This document shows, piece after piece, positions 12,151 to 25,874 of a stretch of 64,000 nt of DNA. The notes beneath the pieces were generated by a model. It searched no databases, was not told the origin of the DNA, and saw only the letters and a list, made by a program, of their open reading frames with translations. Position numbers and translations under genes: made by a program. The DNA is taken from assembly GCF_018350175.1 (NCBI RefSeq), contig NC_058386.1, forward strand, positions 3,038,001 through 3,102,000, written 5' to 3'. The DNA is from Felis catus (Eukaryota). How positions within the stretch are numbered: position 1 is the stretch's first letter; each line of letters begins with the position of its first letter.

Positions 12151-13909
12151 TGATATTCATTCTTTATTTAAAGTAACTTTTTGGTGTTACCATTTTTTAC
12201 TTAATTATATAGCAAGCATTTGCATACACAGAAATCACAGTACATTTCCAAACTATTTTTAAAATGGGAAAAATTAAATTGCTACGTTTTATAAGTAATG
12301 TCACTAGGTGTGTGCTTGAATGTATTATGGCTTACTTAATCTGTTTTGTCGTACTAGACTCTGGTCTTGTCCTCAAGCCATTACATTGTGGCGTCGGTGG
12401 TTAGTTTTAGAAATAGAACCCTTTCTGGTAACTGAAATCTGACGTGTTCTTTCTGTGGGTGAAAAGAGCTAATTTACGTTCACTGTTACCTGCACGTTCT
12501 GGCTTTTGTCAAGTCCCAGTTTTATCTATTTCAGTGTGGTTTTTTGCTATCTAGGGTACAGGAGCTTTGTTTTACTGATCCATTCGACAATTTTGCAATA
12601 TACAATCCCATACATGGAAGCCAAACACGCAAACACACAGACACACAGACACACGCACACACATACCTGCCAATTTACATAATAGGAAAGACACTGAAGG
12701 AAGACATTTGGGGCTCAAATCACATATTCAGCTCAGCCTATGCTGGTCACTTTTAGATGAAATCAGTCTACAAGGTTATCTGTGTAATGGGAATAAATTT
12801 AGTGACTATTCACAAGGGTGTTGGAAAAAAAAATGATCTTTGTAACAACAAAGTGCATTTAACAGCACATAATTATCACTCAAAAACGTTAACTACTCCA
12901 TCATGATGATCATGACGTAATCTTTAAATTACGTGCTTACACCTGTATTTCTCGACTTCTTTATCCCATACTTGTAAGCTTTTCACCGTAAACATGTGGC
13001 CACAAACACATTATCTTCCCACCTCTCGGAATGTCCCCTTCCCACTGGTATTTTGAGACTGTGGGAGAAAGACAGCATGTACACTCAACGCCTATCTGTA
13101 ACTATTTTAACCCTATTCCAAGTAGGATGCAATCTCTTGGCTCTTGAACACAACATCTCCCTCACTACTTAAACTGTCTTTCGTTCTGCCTGCCTGCACT
13201 GTCCAAAGTAGCTGGTGCATTTTATGTTACAGTGACTCCAGTAGACTTGGGGACACAACACTGTCTTTGATGACGTGTGCTGTTAAGTCAGATATCTCTC
13301 TAGAAGCTGTGTAAGGTGAACACACATGCCTGGAAGCCCTACCCCTGAGGCACAGACACCAATGGCACAAGAAGACCCACATGAAAATCTAGAGGAAGAT
13401 TAAAAGAATAAAAAGGTTCAGAGGACTGTGTCCGACAGATGACTCTGTCATCATTTCACCCCAAGCATGAGCCATGCACCGATTTGTGAAGTCTGTACGA
13501 ACCTAACACCAATGAAGCTGTCCCGGGCCAGGTGAGTGTCCCAGCAAGGACTGGGACATCCATGCACGTGCACATTAGGCACCAGACAAGGACACTCAGG
13601 AGAGTATCAACCCCCTGGCAGCTGAGCTGAGCAAAGACGGATATTCTTGACCCGCAGTTTTCTTATTTGCTTGCGGCTGAAGGGGGGGAGAGTCACCTCG
13701 ATGTGTTTTTCCATACGTGTGCTTCCTTCGTATGGGATTAGGACTCAACCGTCCAAGCCTATGACCCCCGTCACTATTTTCCCCTCACAACACCTAATCC
13801 CCCAAACCTGTTCTGTTATGTTCCATCCTTTTCCTCGTGGGTAGTCCTGAGGGATGTCAATGTTTGCTCCTCTGGTTCCTGGGAAGCGGGTTTTAAAAAT
13901 GAGATGCGT

Positions 13910-14036
13910 GGGGCGCCTGGGTGGCTCAGTAGGTTGAGCGTCTGACTCTTGATTTTGGCTCGGGTCATGATCTCATGGTTTGTGGGATCGAGCCGTGCGT
14001 CAGGCTCTGTGGTGACGGCACACAGTCTGCTTGGGA

Positions 14037-14082
<46 letters not shown>

Positions 14083-14115
14083 ATAAATAAATAAATAAAT
14101 AAAATCTTTAAAAAA
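13910..14115 (+). mobile_element. Can-SINE
   Basis: ggggcgcctgggtggctcag head, long (CT)n, (AAAT)n tail. Confidence 0.95.
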
Positions 14116-17100
14116 CAAGATATGTCTCCTTTTACTTGCAGATTTCAGATTTTTACTTACTGCCTTGTCGTACAAAAATATCTGCTTACTGGCATATGGG
14201 TGGGGAAATGAGGTAGTTCACATTTGTAATTTTCATTAGCGGCTGACTTGGCAAATATAGAACTGCATGATGGATGGTGAATGTTTGTATATTCTTTGGA
14301 GGTCCCACAGAGCACTGCATTTTGTATGGTGCTAGGAGGAGCATTTGCTGTGTGTGGTTGTTACCCACCCTGCCATCTTGCTAACTGTGGATCAAAGAGA
14401 GGACTTAGTGATTTCCTATTATTCTCTCTCTCCCTCCTTCTCTTTCTATCTTTACTGCCATTTTTGTCTGTGCCTCTCTCATATTCCCCAAATAAAAATT
14501 CCACTATGCGTTGTTCCCTTCCCTATTTTATTCCCATATACATTTTCCTCAAAGTTGCCTACTATTTTACATATTAGCTAGCATAATAAGTATGATATCT
14601 ATTCAACAGACCAATAGGGTTATGCTTCTCCCAACAGTCTGCTTAAGATCCTTGACTCAAGCACAGAACCCCTGTCGAGTTAGCCAATATCTTTTGACCA
14701 GCACAGAAAGCTAGTTTTGGGTCCCAGTTTCTAAAAGCAGGTAACCCTCCCTTCTACCCTTGCCAGTTCAGATTATTTTCCTCACCACTTGGCTTCCTGG
14801 GAAGTGAAAGGCAAAAGTCCACACTTCATGTGATTTGCCTTTTTGAGGGTCAATGCTGAATGCTCGAACAAAGGCATAATCACAGGTGGGGGGGAAACAA
14901 ACACTGAACACGTTATTATCTATCAGTTAGCTGCCATGATTTTTGCTTGGCATGTCCTATAAGGATGTCTTGCATGTTTATGGCTGTAAGTGCGAGCACG
15001 CTGATTATTTTCAGATTTGCACACTCAACCTTTCTTCCATTAAGAAGGAAGACTGAGTCTCTCCAGTGGAGGGGGAGGAATGACTTCATTTCCCACAACA
15101 TGGCCAACCTGGATCGACAACCTGTGGGCATTTCAATCTGCAATATATCAACTCACTTCTTCTGCCCGGGTAGCTCAAACATGAGTTAGTGTGGTCATTC
15201 ACCATCGAGGTAAAACATTGAATACGGACGTTCTGCTGCACAAAACACCCTGAACTAGCCACTTTTGCGTGTCTCCTTCTCAAACACATCTTTCTCTTAA
15301 TTAAAAAAAAAGTCTGTAGATCTACATATATCACCACCTACCTATGTTCTCACCAACTTCCTCCTGAGTTTCACGATCCCACCAGTTTAAGCTATTAAAA
15401 TATATGTATATATTTCCTCTCAAATTATAGCCAACGTCTTCCTATTTTTGTTCATCATTGTGACTGTAACTCACTCCATGCAGAAAATCTGACATGTTTT
15501 TTCCATAATTTGGGTAAACTTCCTTCTGGTTCAAACACAAACCCACCAGAATACTTTGCAACCTAAATGGGAATGTTAGTTAGCAAACAATTCTTAGATA
15601 AACCATTTAAAGGGAAGTCGTGTATTCACACATATCTTCTCAACAAGCAGGTAAGACAATGTTCATGGTTTCCACACTTGTAATTGACCAAACGGTTCGT
15701 ACAAACATGGGCGTTGTTTCCACCTTCTTCTGCGACCCATTACTACTGGCTTTCCCCTCAGTCATCGACTCACGGGGTCATCAGTCTTTACTGTGGCATG
15801 GACCTCCTCCCCAAAAGATGTGATTCATCAGTGATTTTGGCTGAGCTGAGAATCTGCACACACACATGTCCAGTGGACAATGATTCTGTGGTTGGACAGT
15901 CTGGCCCTGAAAGGAACAGACTTTAAGGATGTTTGGGGAAGTGTTTTGAGGCTGATTCTTGCTAACTAGGTCAAAAGGATGACAATATTGGTGCTCCAGG
16001 GGAAGGTTCTCAAAAGCCAACAGTGCAGGAGGCTCCTGAAATCAGATTAATATCCCAACCTCATTCTGTGGGTGGCTCCATTGTCTTTCAACAGCCACCC
16101 CATGCTTGCTTGACGGACTTATGAAAAATAAGGCCCATGATTTCAGGGTTAGGCATTATCCTCAGGGTAAACAATTTGGACTCACTAGGACTGGACATGG
16201 CATTCTCCACTGTGTCTGCAATAGTGCCCCATCTTGAGCCTTTACTTCTGGACCGAGCACAGGGTTGATGAGATGTTCATCTAATGGAAAGTACAGTTCA
16301 TTGAACGTCTTCCTTCAGAAAAGAAAGGGGGTTTCTGGTGCTAAAACAGACACTTTGCCAGGACATAGCATTTGCCTTTCCTCGTGTCTGTTCTTACGAT
16401 CGCAATCCATCTGGCCTTCCCCTCCATCTTGCTATCCCGTACAAAAGAGCTGTGATGAAAGAAAGCGTTTTCTGGTGAGGTAAGACAACATCTTGATGCC
16501 CTGATGAAATTCTCAAGTCTTCTATCATTAGCATATCACTGAACAAGAAGAGGTGGTCTCACGGAACAGCGGAATAGTCTTGTGACGACTGCAAGATGGA
16601 GCCATTAGGCAAACGATATCTTTCCAGGCTGTGCCACTTTTAAATAGAATTCTACATAAGCTCTGAACGTTGCTGTTCCCACATAAAGCACACAGGCGTA
16701 TAAAGAGTGAGCGAGTAGGAGGCCAGATCCACCGTGTACATCTTGTAAACCACATGCCGACTCTTCCTCCTGATCTGAGCTTTCTGGGTTCTGCATGTTT
16801 AGAAACATCGTCACGTGAACTAGAAATGCCTTACCATGGGATACTTTAGAGCCATAAGGATGTACGAGTTTATTCATTTGAATAAAACAATGAAAAACTG
16901 ACTTAAACGGATGTATCTAAAATCCCTCTATGTTTCATTTCCCTAAACCAATATAGCCTTAGCACCTCCTCTTAGCCCTACTCTCTAATTTTTTCTCTAC
17001 ACTTTTCTTCGACTAGTGCTAATCTCTCTTTTTAACAGGCACATTTAATGCATCCGTGTCAGTTCTCAGACAACCTTTTGAGACCACATATAAACACAGT

Positions 17101-17379
17101 AAAACCTTGGTTTGCAAACATAATTCGTTCCAGAAACATGCTTGTAATCGAAAGCGCTCGTATATCAAAGTGAATTTCAAGAACCATTGGCTCAGTAGCG
17201 ATCATGTGACATTTGGGGAGTCACGTACGACTCGTATCAGAGCACATAGCTCGTTTATCAAGTTAAAATTTATTGCAAATGTTTGCTCATCTTGCAGAAT
17301 ACTCACAAAACAAGTTACTTGCAATCCAAGGTTTTACTGTATTATCTTTGTGATATGCCATTTTAAAACCCACAGACCA

Positions 17380-17793
17380 CAACTGACAAATGGATAAAGA
17401 AATTGTGGTTTATATACACAATGGAATACTACGTGGCCATGACAAAGAATGAAATATGGACTTCTGTAGCAACGTGGATGGAACTGGAGAGTGTTATGCT
17501 AAGTGAAATAAGTCAGGCAGAGAAATACAGTTACCATATGTTTTCACTCTTAAGTGAATCCTGAGAAACTTGACAGAAGACCATGGGGTAGGAGAAGGGG
17601 AAAAAAAAGTTAGAGAGGGAGGGAGCCAAATCATAAGAGACTCTTAAAAACTGAGAATAAACTGAGGTGGATGGGGCGGGGGAGGGAGGGGAAAGTGGGT
17701 GATGGGCATTGAGGAGGGCACCTGTTGGGATGAGCACTGGGTGTTGTATGGAAACCAATTTGACAATACATTTCATATTTAAAAAAATAAAAT
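17380..17793 (+). mobile_element. 5'-truncated feline L1 (L1_Fc-like) 3' end
   Basis: acaatggaatactac...ggatggaactggagagtgttatgctaagtgaaataagtcag...A tail; perfect 15-bp TSD aaaacccacagacca (17365-17379, 17794-17808). Confidence 0.95.
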
Positions 17794-17849
17794 AAAACCC
17801 ACAGACCATTAAAAAAAGGAATCATGATGAATTAAAACTGAGTGAAATG

Positions 17850-18320
17850 ATAACAGAAATAGGCATGTATGTGTATGGAGAGGCGGATATGTAAATGATC
17901 ATAGCAGCAATATTCACAATATCCCCAATCCTGGAAAAACTTGAATGTCCATCTACAAGAAAGTACAAATAAACGCTTGACACATTCATGCAACTGAAAG
18001 CAAACAATGCACATGAATGATAATTAGAATGCACTAAAAAGTACACATAAGGACACAGACGATTCTCCAAACCATCAAACACATGTGTGACCTTCCACAT
18101 CTGTGGAAGATCAAAAGTAAGGTTACTAAGGGGGCAGTAACTGAAGTGGGGAAAGGTAGGGTTTCTCAGATGGTGATAACGCTGTGTTTCTTGACATGGA
18201 TTGATTTAGTTTCATAGTCTGGGTGCTTTTGGTTTGCGAAAAATTCATTACCTGGCACACCGCTTGGGATTGATAAACTTGTCTGTACTTGTGCAACACG
18301 TCACTTAAAAAGTTTTAAAG
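17850..18320 (+). mobile_element. Old LINE-1 3' remnant (L1MC/L1ME-like)
   Basis: catagcagcaatattcacaat...aatgtccatctaca...ggtgataacgctgtgtttcttgac...aaaattcatt. Confidence 0.6.
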
Positions 18321-18343
18321 AATGTGCATGAAAAAGATGTATG

Positions 18344-18510
18344 GGGGTGCCTGGGTGGCTCAGTTGACTGAGCGTCCGACTCTTGATTTTAGCTCAGGTC
18401 ATGGTCCTGGAACTTGGGGACCAAGCCCCCCATGTCTGGCTCCGTGCTGACGATGGAGCTTGCTTGGGATGTTCTCTCTCTCTCTCCCTCCCTCCCTCCC
18501 TCTGCCTGTC
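18344..18510 (+). mobile_element. Can-SINE running into gap
   Basis: ggggtgcctgggtggctcag head, CT tract then N. Confidence 0.92.
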
Positions 18511-18771
18511 NNNNNNNNNNNNNNNNNNNNNNNNNNNNNNNNNNNNNNNNNNNNNNNNNNNNNNNNNNNNNNNNNNNNNNNNNNNNNNNNNNNNNNNNNN
18601 NNNNNNNNNNNNNNNNNNNNNNNNNNNNNNNNNNNNNNNNNNNNNNNNNNNNNNNNNNNNNNNNNNNNNNNNNNNNNNNNNNNNNNNNNNNNNNNNNNNN
18701 NNNNNNNNNNNNNNNNNNNNNNNNNNNNNNNNNNNNNNNNNNNNNNNNNNNNNNNNNNNNNNNNNNNNNNN
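18511..18771. other. Assembly gap (N run)
   Basis: 261 N between a SINE CT tract and (AGAT)n. Confidence 0.99.
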
Positions 18772-19875
18772 AGATAGATAGATAGGCAGACAAAATGAAA
18801 TATATGAAGGTCACAATGTGAAAGCTCTCAGTAGTCTACTTAGAGGAACCATCCTAGACAGGTACTTCCTGCAAGGTACTGACTGTGTTCTCTGAAAAGA
18901 CGGATGCTACTTCCATGGCATGGAGACTCCCTGAGCACATCATGAGGGGTGGAGTGCGGCTTCTATCATGCGGGCTTGTGGATGCACCTGTCCCAGTTTC
19001 TGTACCCCCCCGGGGGCTGAGTCTAGATTTCGTACCTGGGACCAGGATTGTGGCTGTACCCTAACTACTTGGAAATTCCATGCAAAGCTGGACGATGGTA
19101 GATAGCTATGTGATCTCTCATGGGGCCCCACACTCAACTGCCATCCTGTGTGCAGCACTCGTGATCCCTGTCCCCGTGTAAGTGCAAACAGCAGCCTGTA
19201 GGGCCTCTGCAGAATCCCAACCAGATCCTGCTGACGTGGGCTTCCTCCTCCCCACCACGTGTGCATGGCCGCAGTCCTCCTGCTTAGCAGGGAGGATTTC
19301 CTTGTGGGGTTAGTGTCTCCGTGACACCTTCAGGCATCCTCTTGTAACGCTCCTCCTGGTATTTTATTTCCGTAAGCCAGAGAAAAGGATCCAAGGGTGA
19401 AATCACGGTGCCCTCCTGATGGAGGTTCATAGTCTGAGTTGTGTTCCTGACGCATGTTTTTACTCCTCTCCAGCTTGTGCTGTCCTCATTACCGGCAAAC
19501 CTAGTTATTTTATTAATGCCAATGGACACCACGGTCATGGCACCTCATTTATTTCTTCCTGTTGGAAGCTGACAATGTTGTGTCAAATCACAGCCAAGTG
19601 GTAGTTCACTGCAGGGAAAGTTATATTTATTATTAATTAAATGTAAATGGGAAAATCAGCTCATGATAAATGGAAAAAGAAGGTGAGAAATGAAAAAAGA
19701 AAGATTTTCCACACATATATTGAGAACACCATTTTCCCCATTCAAATATTTTACAGTGTGTATGTTTGGACTTTGGATTTGTATTCAACAAATGATGATA
19801 TTCAAGATTTGCTGATTTGGGCAATTACCTAATTTGCTATTAACTGATCAATTTGAACTCCTTTTATATATTTAT

Positions 19876-20078
19876 GTTTTTTTAAATTTTTATTTATTTA
19901 TCTTGAGAGAGAGAGAAAGAGCATGCGGGGCAGTGAGAGAGGGAGAGAGAAAGAGAAACCCAAGCAGGCTCTGTCCAGCGTAGAGCCTGATGCAGGGGTT
20001 CTAACTCACGAACCATGAGATCAAGACCTGAGCTGGAATCGAGTCAGATGCCTAACAACTGAGCCACCCAGGTGTCCC
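19876..20078 (-). mobile_element. Can-SINE
   Basis: reverse body; TSD atatatttatgtttt. Confidence 0.94.
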
Positions 20079-20422
20079 ATATATATTTATGTTTTACAAA
20101 GACGTTGATTTTCATGACAAACTTGCTCCTAACAAGCATGCTGACCATGACATAAAGGATGTTACTGTAAGGGATGTCACATGTATATATATGAATCTAT
20201 ATATATACGAACAATGTCCTCGATCTGTGGTATCTGGAAAGAAACGTGATTAACTTTTGTGAGAGACAGAACAGGCAAATCCTGAACAAATCAATTGAAA
20301 TTCACTGCATCTTGTTTTCCCCAATCACGAATACATCAGAGCAAGGGAGGTGTGCTGAGTAAGTTAAGCACCAAGTATCAGCATCCTGTTATTAAGATAT
20401 TAAGAGAGCCTTTTCTTTTCTT

Positions 20423-20460
20423 ACACACACACACACCCACACACACACACACACACACAC
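20423..20460. repeat. (CA)n microsatellite
   Basis: direct reading. Confidence 0.96.
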
Positions 20461-20983
20461 CAACCTGCATTTCAGAAAACAGGTGCTTTGTAAAACGAGT
20501 ATCATGGATGACTTCCAGTCCATTGTTTAAATGTTGAGTGCAAGCAAGAAGACAGGAATGGTAAAGCTTAATGGGAGGGGTTTTGGGAGGAAAACATTTA
20601 TTCCTCTCTGCAAAGGGCATACTGCGTTTCCTTGGAAACATTAACGCACATAAGCAACTACATGAGGGAGGCAAACCTTGTTTTAATCATTTTAATTTCT
20701 ACTGGTTTTTTTTTTCTTCCCAAAAGTCTCCTCATTCACTCCAGTGTTGCCAGGATGGAACACTTGTGGTGTCCCAATTTATCTCGGTTGCCAAGCCTCG
20801 GTAAGACTGCTTTTACCTACAGCTTTCCCATCTCGGGACATTACGCACAGCTCAGTATTTCAGAACAACAGAAATTCAAGTCTTAAAAAATGAACTCTAC
20901 CCTTATCTAAATATGTGCAAAATGGAATTTTGGAAAAATCTGGAAATAGTTTATCCAGAAGTCAATGTAATTGAAGTTTCTTT

Positions 20984-21213
20984 TATTTTTAAAAAAGTTT
21001 TTTTTTAATGTTTATTGATTTTTGAGAATGAGACAGAGAGACAGAGCATGAGCAGGGGAGGGGAAGAGAGAGAGGGAGACACAGAATCCCAAGCAGGCTC
21101 CAGGCTCTGAGCTGTCAGCACAGAGCCCGACGTGGGGCTCGAACTCATGGACTGTGAGATCATGACCTGAGCCGAAGTCAGACGCTCAACTGACTGAGCC
21201 ACCCAGGCGCCCC
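20984..21213 (-). mobile_element. Can-SINE
   Basis: full reverse body; 20-bp TSD aatgta(a/g)ttgaagtttcttt. Confidence 0.96.
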
Positions 21214-21654
21214 AATGTAGTTGAAGTTTCTTTACTGTCCTTGAGCACATCTGGTTTAGTAGAACGTCACATGGTCACATGGCTAGTTCTCTCAGTTAGC
21301 GTATTTACAGCTCATGCCATTCAAGGACTCTGTTTTCTACCATATTAACGTTTCTATGTCACTTTTGAGCAGATGAGTAGGAGTCAGTGAAACTGAAGCA
21401 TCTATTGTGGTTTCACATAACAGTGACCATCTTGAGGTTTTGGTAGAAATAGCATGAATCTAACCTGTGTGGTTTTTCCTGGATTCATTTGTCTACCGTT
21501 CATTTCACACAGTGAACCAATATCAAGTTGGTATTCTGTTCTTAATGCTGTGGTGGCTACTTGGGCTACATCAGAGAACCAAACTGTCAAAGACATCTAA
21601 TCCTGAAGACCTTACATTCATGGGAATATGGACAGAGGAAATAAAAAATAAATA

Positions 21655-21862
21655 GGGGCACCTGGCTGGCTCAGTCGGTTGAGCGTCCAACTTCAGGTCA
21701 GGTCATGAGCTTGAAGTGTGTGAGTTCAAGCCCCACGTCCGGCTCTGTGCTGACAGCTCAGAGCCTGGACCCTGCTTTGGATCCTCTATCTCCCTCTCTC
21801 TGCCCTTTCCCCACATGCGTTTTCACAAAAATAAATAAATACTAAAATTAATAAATGAATAA
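21655..21862 (+). mobile_element. Can-SINE
   Basis: ggggcacctggctggctcagtcgg head, A-rich tail. Confidence 0.93.
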
Positions 21863-22035
21863 ACCATGCACCAGGTGACAAAATCATTAACTGCTATGGT
21901 AATCATCATCATCATCATCTGGTCTACCCTTGCATTCCATAACCATAAATTATCACATTTTTTCATAATTACATTTTTAACATAAGGACAGTTGGTGAAG
22001 TCTAACATAAAATGTTCAAAGGTTATCAATACTTA

Positions 22036-22265
22036 TTTGATTTTTTTTAATGTTTACTTATTTATTTTGAGAGAGAGTATGAATTTGGGAGAGGCAGAGA
22101 GAGAGGGAGAGAGCAGGAGAGCGGCAGAGAGGGAGAGAAAGAATCCCAAGCAGGCTCTGGGCTGCCAGTGTAGAGCCCAACACGGCCTCGGTCCCATGAA
22201 CCATTAGATCATGACCTGAACTGAAATCCAGAGTCAGACGCTTAATGACTGAGCCACCCACGTGC
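22036..22265 (-). mobile_element. Can-SINE
   Basis: reverse body ending gactgagccaccca. Confidence 0.92.
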
Positions 22266-22469
22266 TTTCAAACTCTAAAACATTTCCTGATAAATTACAC
22301 ACTTGGTGTTAAAACTATTAGAACCAGTAAGTCTTATATTAAACATTTTTTAAATGGAATTCAATTGAATGTCCATAATAAACTAATTAGTGATAAATTA
22401 GATTGGCAAATGGCTTGCTCATTAATCAGAATTAATACGGACTCAGGAAGAAACAGGGCTGTCATCTAA

Positions 22470-22788
22470 ATGCTGCTATCCCATCAACATTCATGTTAAA
22501 TCCCCAAGCCAAGGGGGATGGTATTAGGAGGTGGGGCCTTGGGGAGGCAATTAGATTGTGAGGCGGAGCCTCATGGGCGGGAGACCCCCAGGGAGACCCC
22601 TTGTGCCTTCTACCGCATGAGGACACAGGGAAGTGGGTCATGTCTGAACCGTAAGGCAGCCTGCCCCAGCTACAGAATCTGCCGATGCCGCGACCCCGGC
22701 CTCCAAGGGGGTGAGAAACGAAGGTGTGTTGTGTACAAGCCCCCCAGTCTACGGTGGTTTTGTTACAGCAGCCTGAACGGACTGAGAC
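22470..22788 (+). mobile_element. MaLR solo LTR (MLT1A/MST-like)
   Basis: gatggtattaggaggtggggccttggggagg...gaggacacag...tacagcagcctgaacggactgagaca. Confidence 0.8.
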
Positions 22789-23149
22789 AAACACCACTGT
22801 TAAACTTGTAGTTCACACTTCAATCGTTAGAGAAAAAGCGAAATGTATGAGCTGCCGAAGGAAATGCCAGGGGTCTCTGAGAGCACGCTTTCAAGCTTCA
22901 GTGACACAGAATCCCCTCAGAGCCCATTTCAAAAGCGCGTTCCCAGGCCACATTCCAGATGGTCTGCAGGGCTGGGAGACAGCGTATATAATCTGGAAGG
23001 GATAAGAAAGTCGAGAGTGGACCCCTTCCAGCATCATACTCTGTCCTTCAACTACAGGTCTCACCGGGGATCACTACAGCCAAGCATCCCTGTTTTCAAG
23101 CAGAGATTTGACCTTTCATTGGACACCCCCCAAATTTAGACCCAGGGGA

Positions 23150-23620
23150 TTCCACGGGGGATGCCCTGTCCCCTGCTCCCACTGTGTGCACTGACCGAAT
23201 CCTGTCCATTTTGCTCAATCTCACGTGTTTCAAGTCTGATGCAGACTTGAGCGTGCGACTCTGGTTGGGTCGTCGGCATGAATTCTGGGAGATCTGGGGG
23301 AACCTGAGAACATGACGGCTTTCTTTGCACCCCACGGCTGAGCTCCAAGGATATAACCCTGCAGGTGGCCATGCCACCACATGCACTGAGGAGCAGCAGC
23401 TGGCAAAGAAAAGGAAAGCCGACATAAGAGAGGAAGTGCAGAAAGGCTGACATGAAAAAGAGACAAGAGTGTTCTGAGCAGCAATTGGGAGCCGCTGGAT
23501 GGGGCCACACGTGCGTCCCGCGAATTTATACCTCTCAGTTTGGGGAAGATACCCTCTCTCTTTCTCGCTCTCTGTCTCTGTCATTTGGCTGAAAGAAAAA
23601 CCATCCCAACCAAGCCCGAT
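23150..23620. mobile_element. Ancient MaLR LTR remnant (MLT1J/K/L-like)
   Basis: reverse complement tgtcggctttcc...catgtggtggcatggccacc...atatccttggagctcagc resembles recalled MLT1J/K motifs. Confidence 0.45.
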
Positions 23621-24784
23621 TCTGCCACGAACGAAGCCATTCCTACAAGCTGTTGGGGACAATTCACTGAATACTTAACTCCTTGGTACCAGACGGTCCT
23701 TGGCCACATAATGCCCACAGAAGGAAGGTGTCACCTGTGCCCGTCATCCGTCTGAAGACAGAGGTAGCAGGTAACTAAATCTCCCACCGTGTGATCAAAT
23801 GGTGCTCCGATGAAGAAAAACATGTTATATTAGCAAGGAAGTAGGAGTGATGCACTCTGCTTCAAGGAAGCATAATTAATTACATTTCTCCATTTCCATG
23901 ACAACATGGAGAAATTACCTAGGATGATACAGAGTCCCTGAAATAATATTAATTCCTTTGTAATAGTATTTTGGAAGGGAAGGAAGAATTTTTAGTTGTT
24001 TTAAAGGTAAAGCTCACAAAAACAGTACCATTACAGATATTATATATTCCATATGCATGTAACTATGTGCACATGTATATGCATGCATATATCTATATTC
24101 TATAATCCACATTTGGGGACCATCTATTTTCTTTCAAGTGACACACAGGAGCTTCATGGAACAGGGGATAGAAGGTCCCCACATAACGAGACATAAAAAT
24201 GAGAATCCTCCGGGATTTAACTTTTTTTTTTTGCATCACACAGGACACCTTCCACCTCTGATTCACCGTAGAGACAGGCAGTTGTACTTAAATGGTACCA
24301 GCTTGCAGAATAATACAACAGCTACTTCCTTCCCTCCTTCCTTCTTCCTTCCTCCCCCCCTCCCTTCCTTCCGTTCTGAGACTGAGCTCACTGAATCGAG
24401 ATTCTGTCTAGCAGCTGACACAGGAAGCTATGACATTACGTCAAACTATATGGTTTGGAGAAATGAAAACGGCCAGTCTGGGAGGGTTACACAGAACGAG
24501 ACAGAGAAATGCAGAAAATTCTGGGTGTAACTTGATGACAAAATCCCACGCGAAGAACGAAAATCGCGGTGTAATGTTTCGTCTTGCCATGTGTTTCTGG
24601 TCTGCTACATTTTAATTTCATGTGTTAGTGGATTGTACTTTCTGTTATTAAAACAGATGTAGGGTCTGCCTTACCAGCATTTCACGAAAATCAATGTAAG
24701 GAACAATTTGCCTGCGTTGTTCTGGCTGCTTTAAATATGTTAATTCATTTAATTCTTGCAAATTTTTGCCACATTGTTATTATA

Positions 24785-24890
24785 CTTTCACAGAGAGGAG
24801 ACTGGCCCGGCGAGAGGGACTAAATTATCCAAAATCCTACCTAAGTGACAGCGCTTTGATTAAATCAGAGATGGGATTCCAGAGCCCATG
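24785..24890. mobile_element. MIR remnant
   Basis: cacagagaggagactggcccggcgagagggactaaattatccaaaatc core-like. Confidence 0.4.
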
Positions 24891-25559
24891 ATCTATTTCA
24901 ACATATATTATATATATACATATTTCCATGATTACATTGGTTACATTACTAAAACATGTAAGTTTTAGTACAGATATTAAAAACAAATTTGTATGTATAT
25001 ATACCTACATGTATGTTCATATGCAAAGACGTGACAGACAGATGCATGTTGGATGATCGGTGGTTACAGATTTTTAAAATACTGGAACTCACTTAAAATT
25101 ATTGATGCCAAGCCCAAACCTTTTCTTTATGTTAGGGTTAAAACTCTTGATAGTCACCATATTAGAAATTTTTAAGAGTGAAAAACAATAGACTTTTCTT
25201 AACTCATGTGCATAGAATAATCAAAACCCATCACATTGTATCACTTACACTGTTATGAAAACAGCATTTTCTAAAATAAAATGTAGTAGCAACATTCATG
25301 TCCTATTTCACTTTGTAAATCTCCTTAATGTTTGTCTTAATAGAAGACAGTTGGATGCTGATGTCTGTTTCTGCGTTCAATCTGTTGCAATATCATATGC
25401 CACATGGTTTCTGGAAAACTCGAGTGACAGAAGGAGATTACAAAAGGCAAATAACGTCTTTGAGCAATTATGAAAACGGAAGTGAACACACGGGCACACT
25501 ATCTGGGGTGACCCTGGGCTTCCCAGAGCAAACAATTCACTTTGAGAATTACTGGGTGA

Positions 25560-25828
25560 TGGATCCATCAGTCTCTCTATCTCTCTATCATCTACAAATA
25601 TGTCTATCTAGCTATCCATCTATCATTCCATCCATTCTATTTATCAATCATCCATCCATTATCTACCTATCATCCATCCATCCATCATTATCTACCTATC
25701 TATCTCTTTCTATCCCTGTATCTATCCATCAATCAATGTATCCCTCTATCTTTCATCTCTCATCTGTCATCCATCCATCACATCATCTATCTGTCCCTAT
25801 ATCTATCCATTTTTATATCTATCATCCA

Positions 25829-25874
<46 letters not shown>

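Noticed and set aside
23096-23662. 188-aa minus-strand ORF and the overlapping lysine-rich plus-strand frame (EEQQLAKKRKAD...)
   Set aside because: Lies on an apparent ancient MLT1 LTR remnant; no recognisable domain or supporting splice structure.
23886-23919. 10-bp inverted repeat atttctccat...atggagaaat
   Set aside because: Short and AT-rich; expected by chance in 64 kb.
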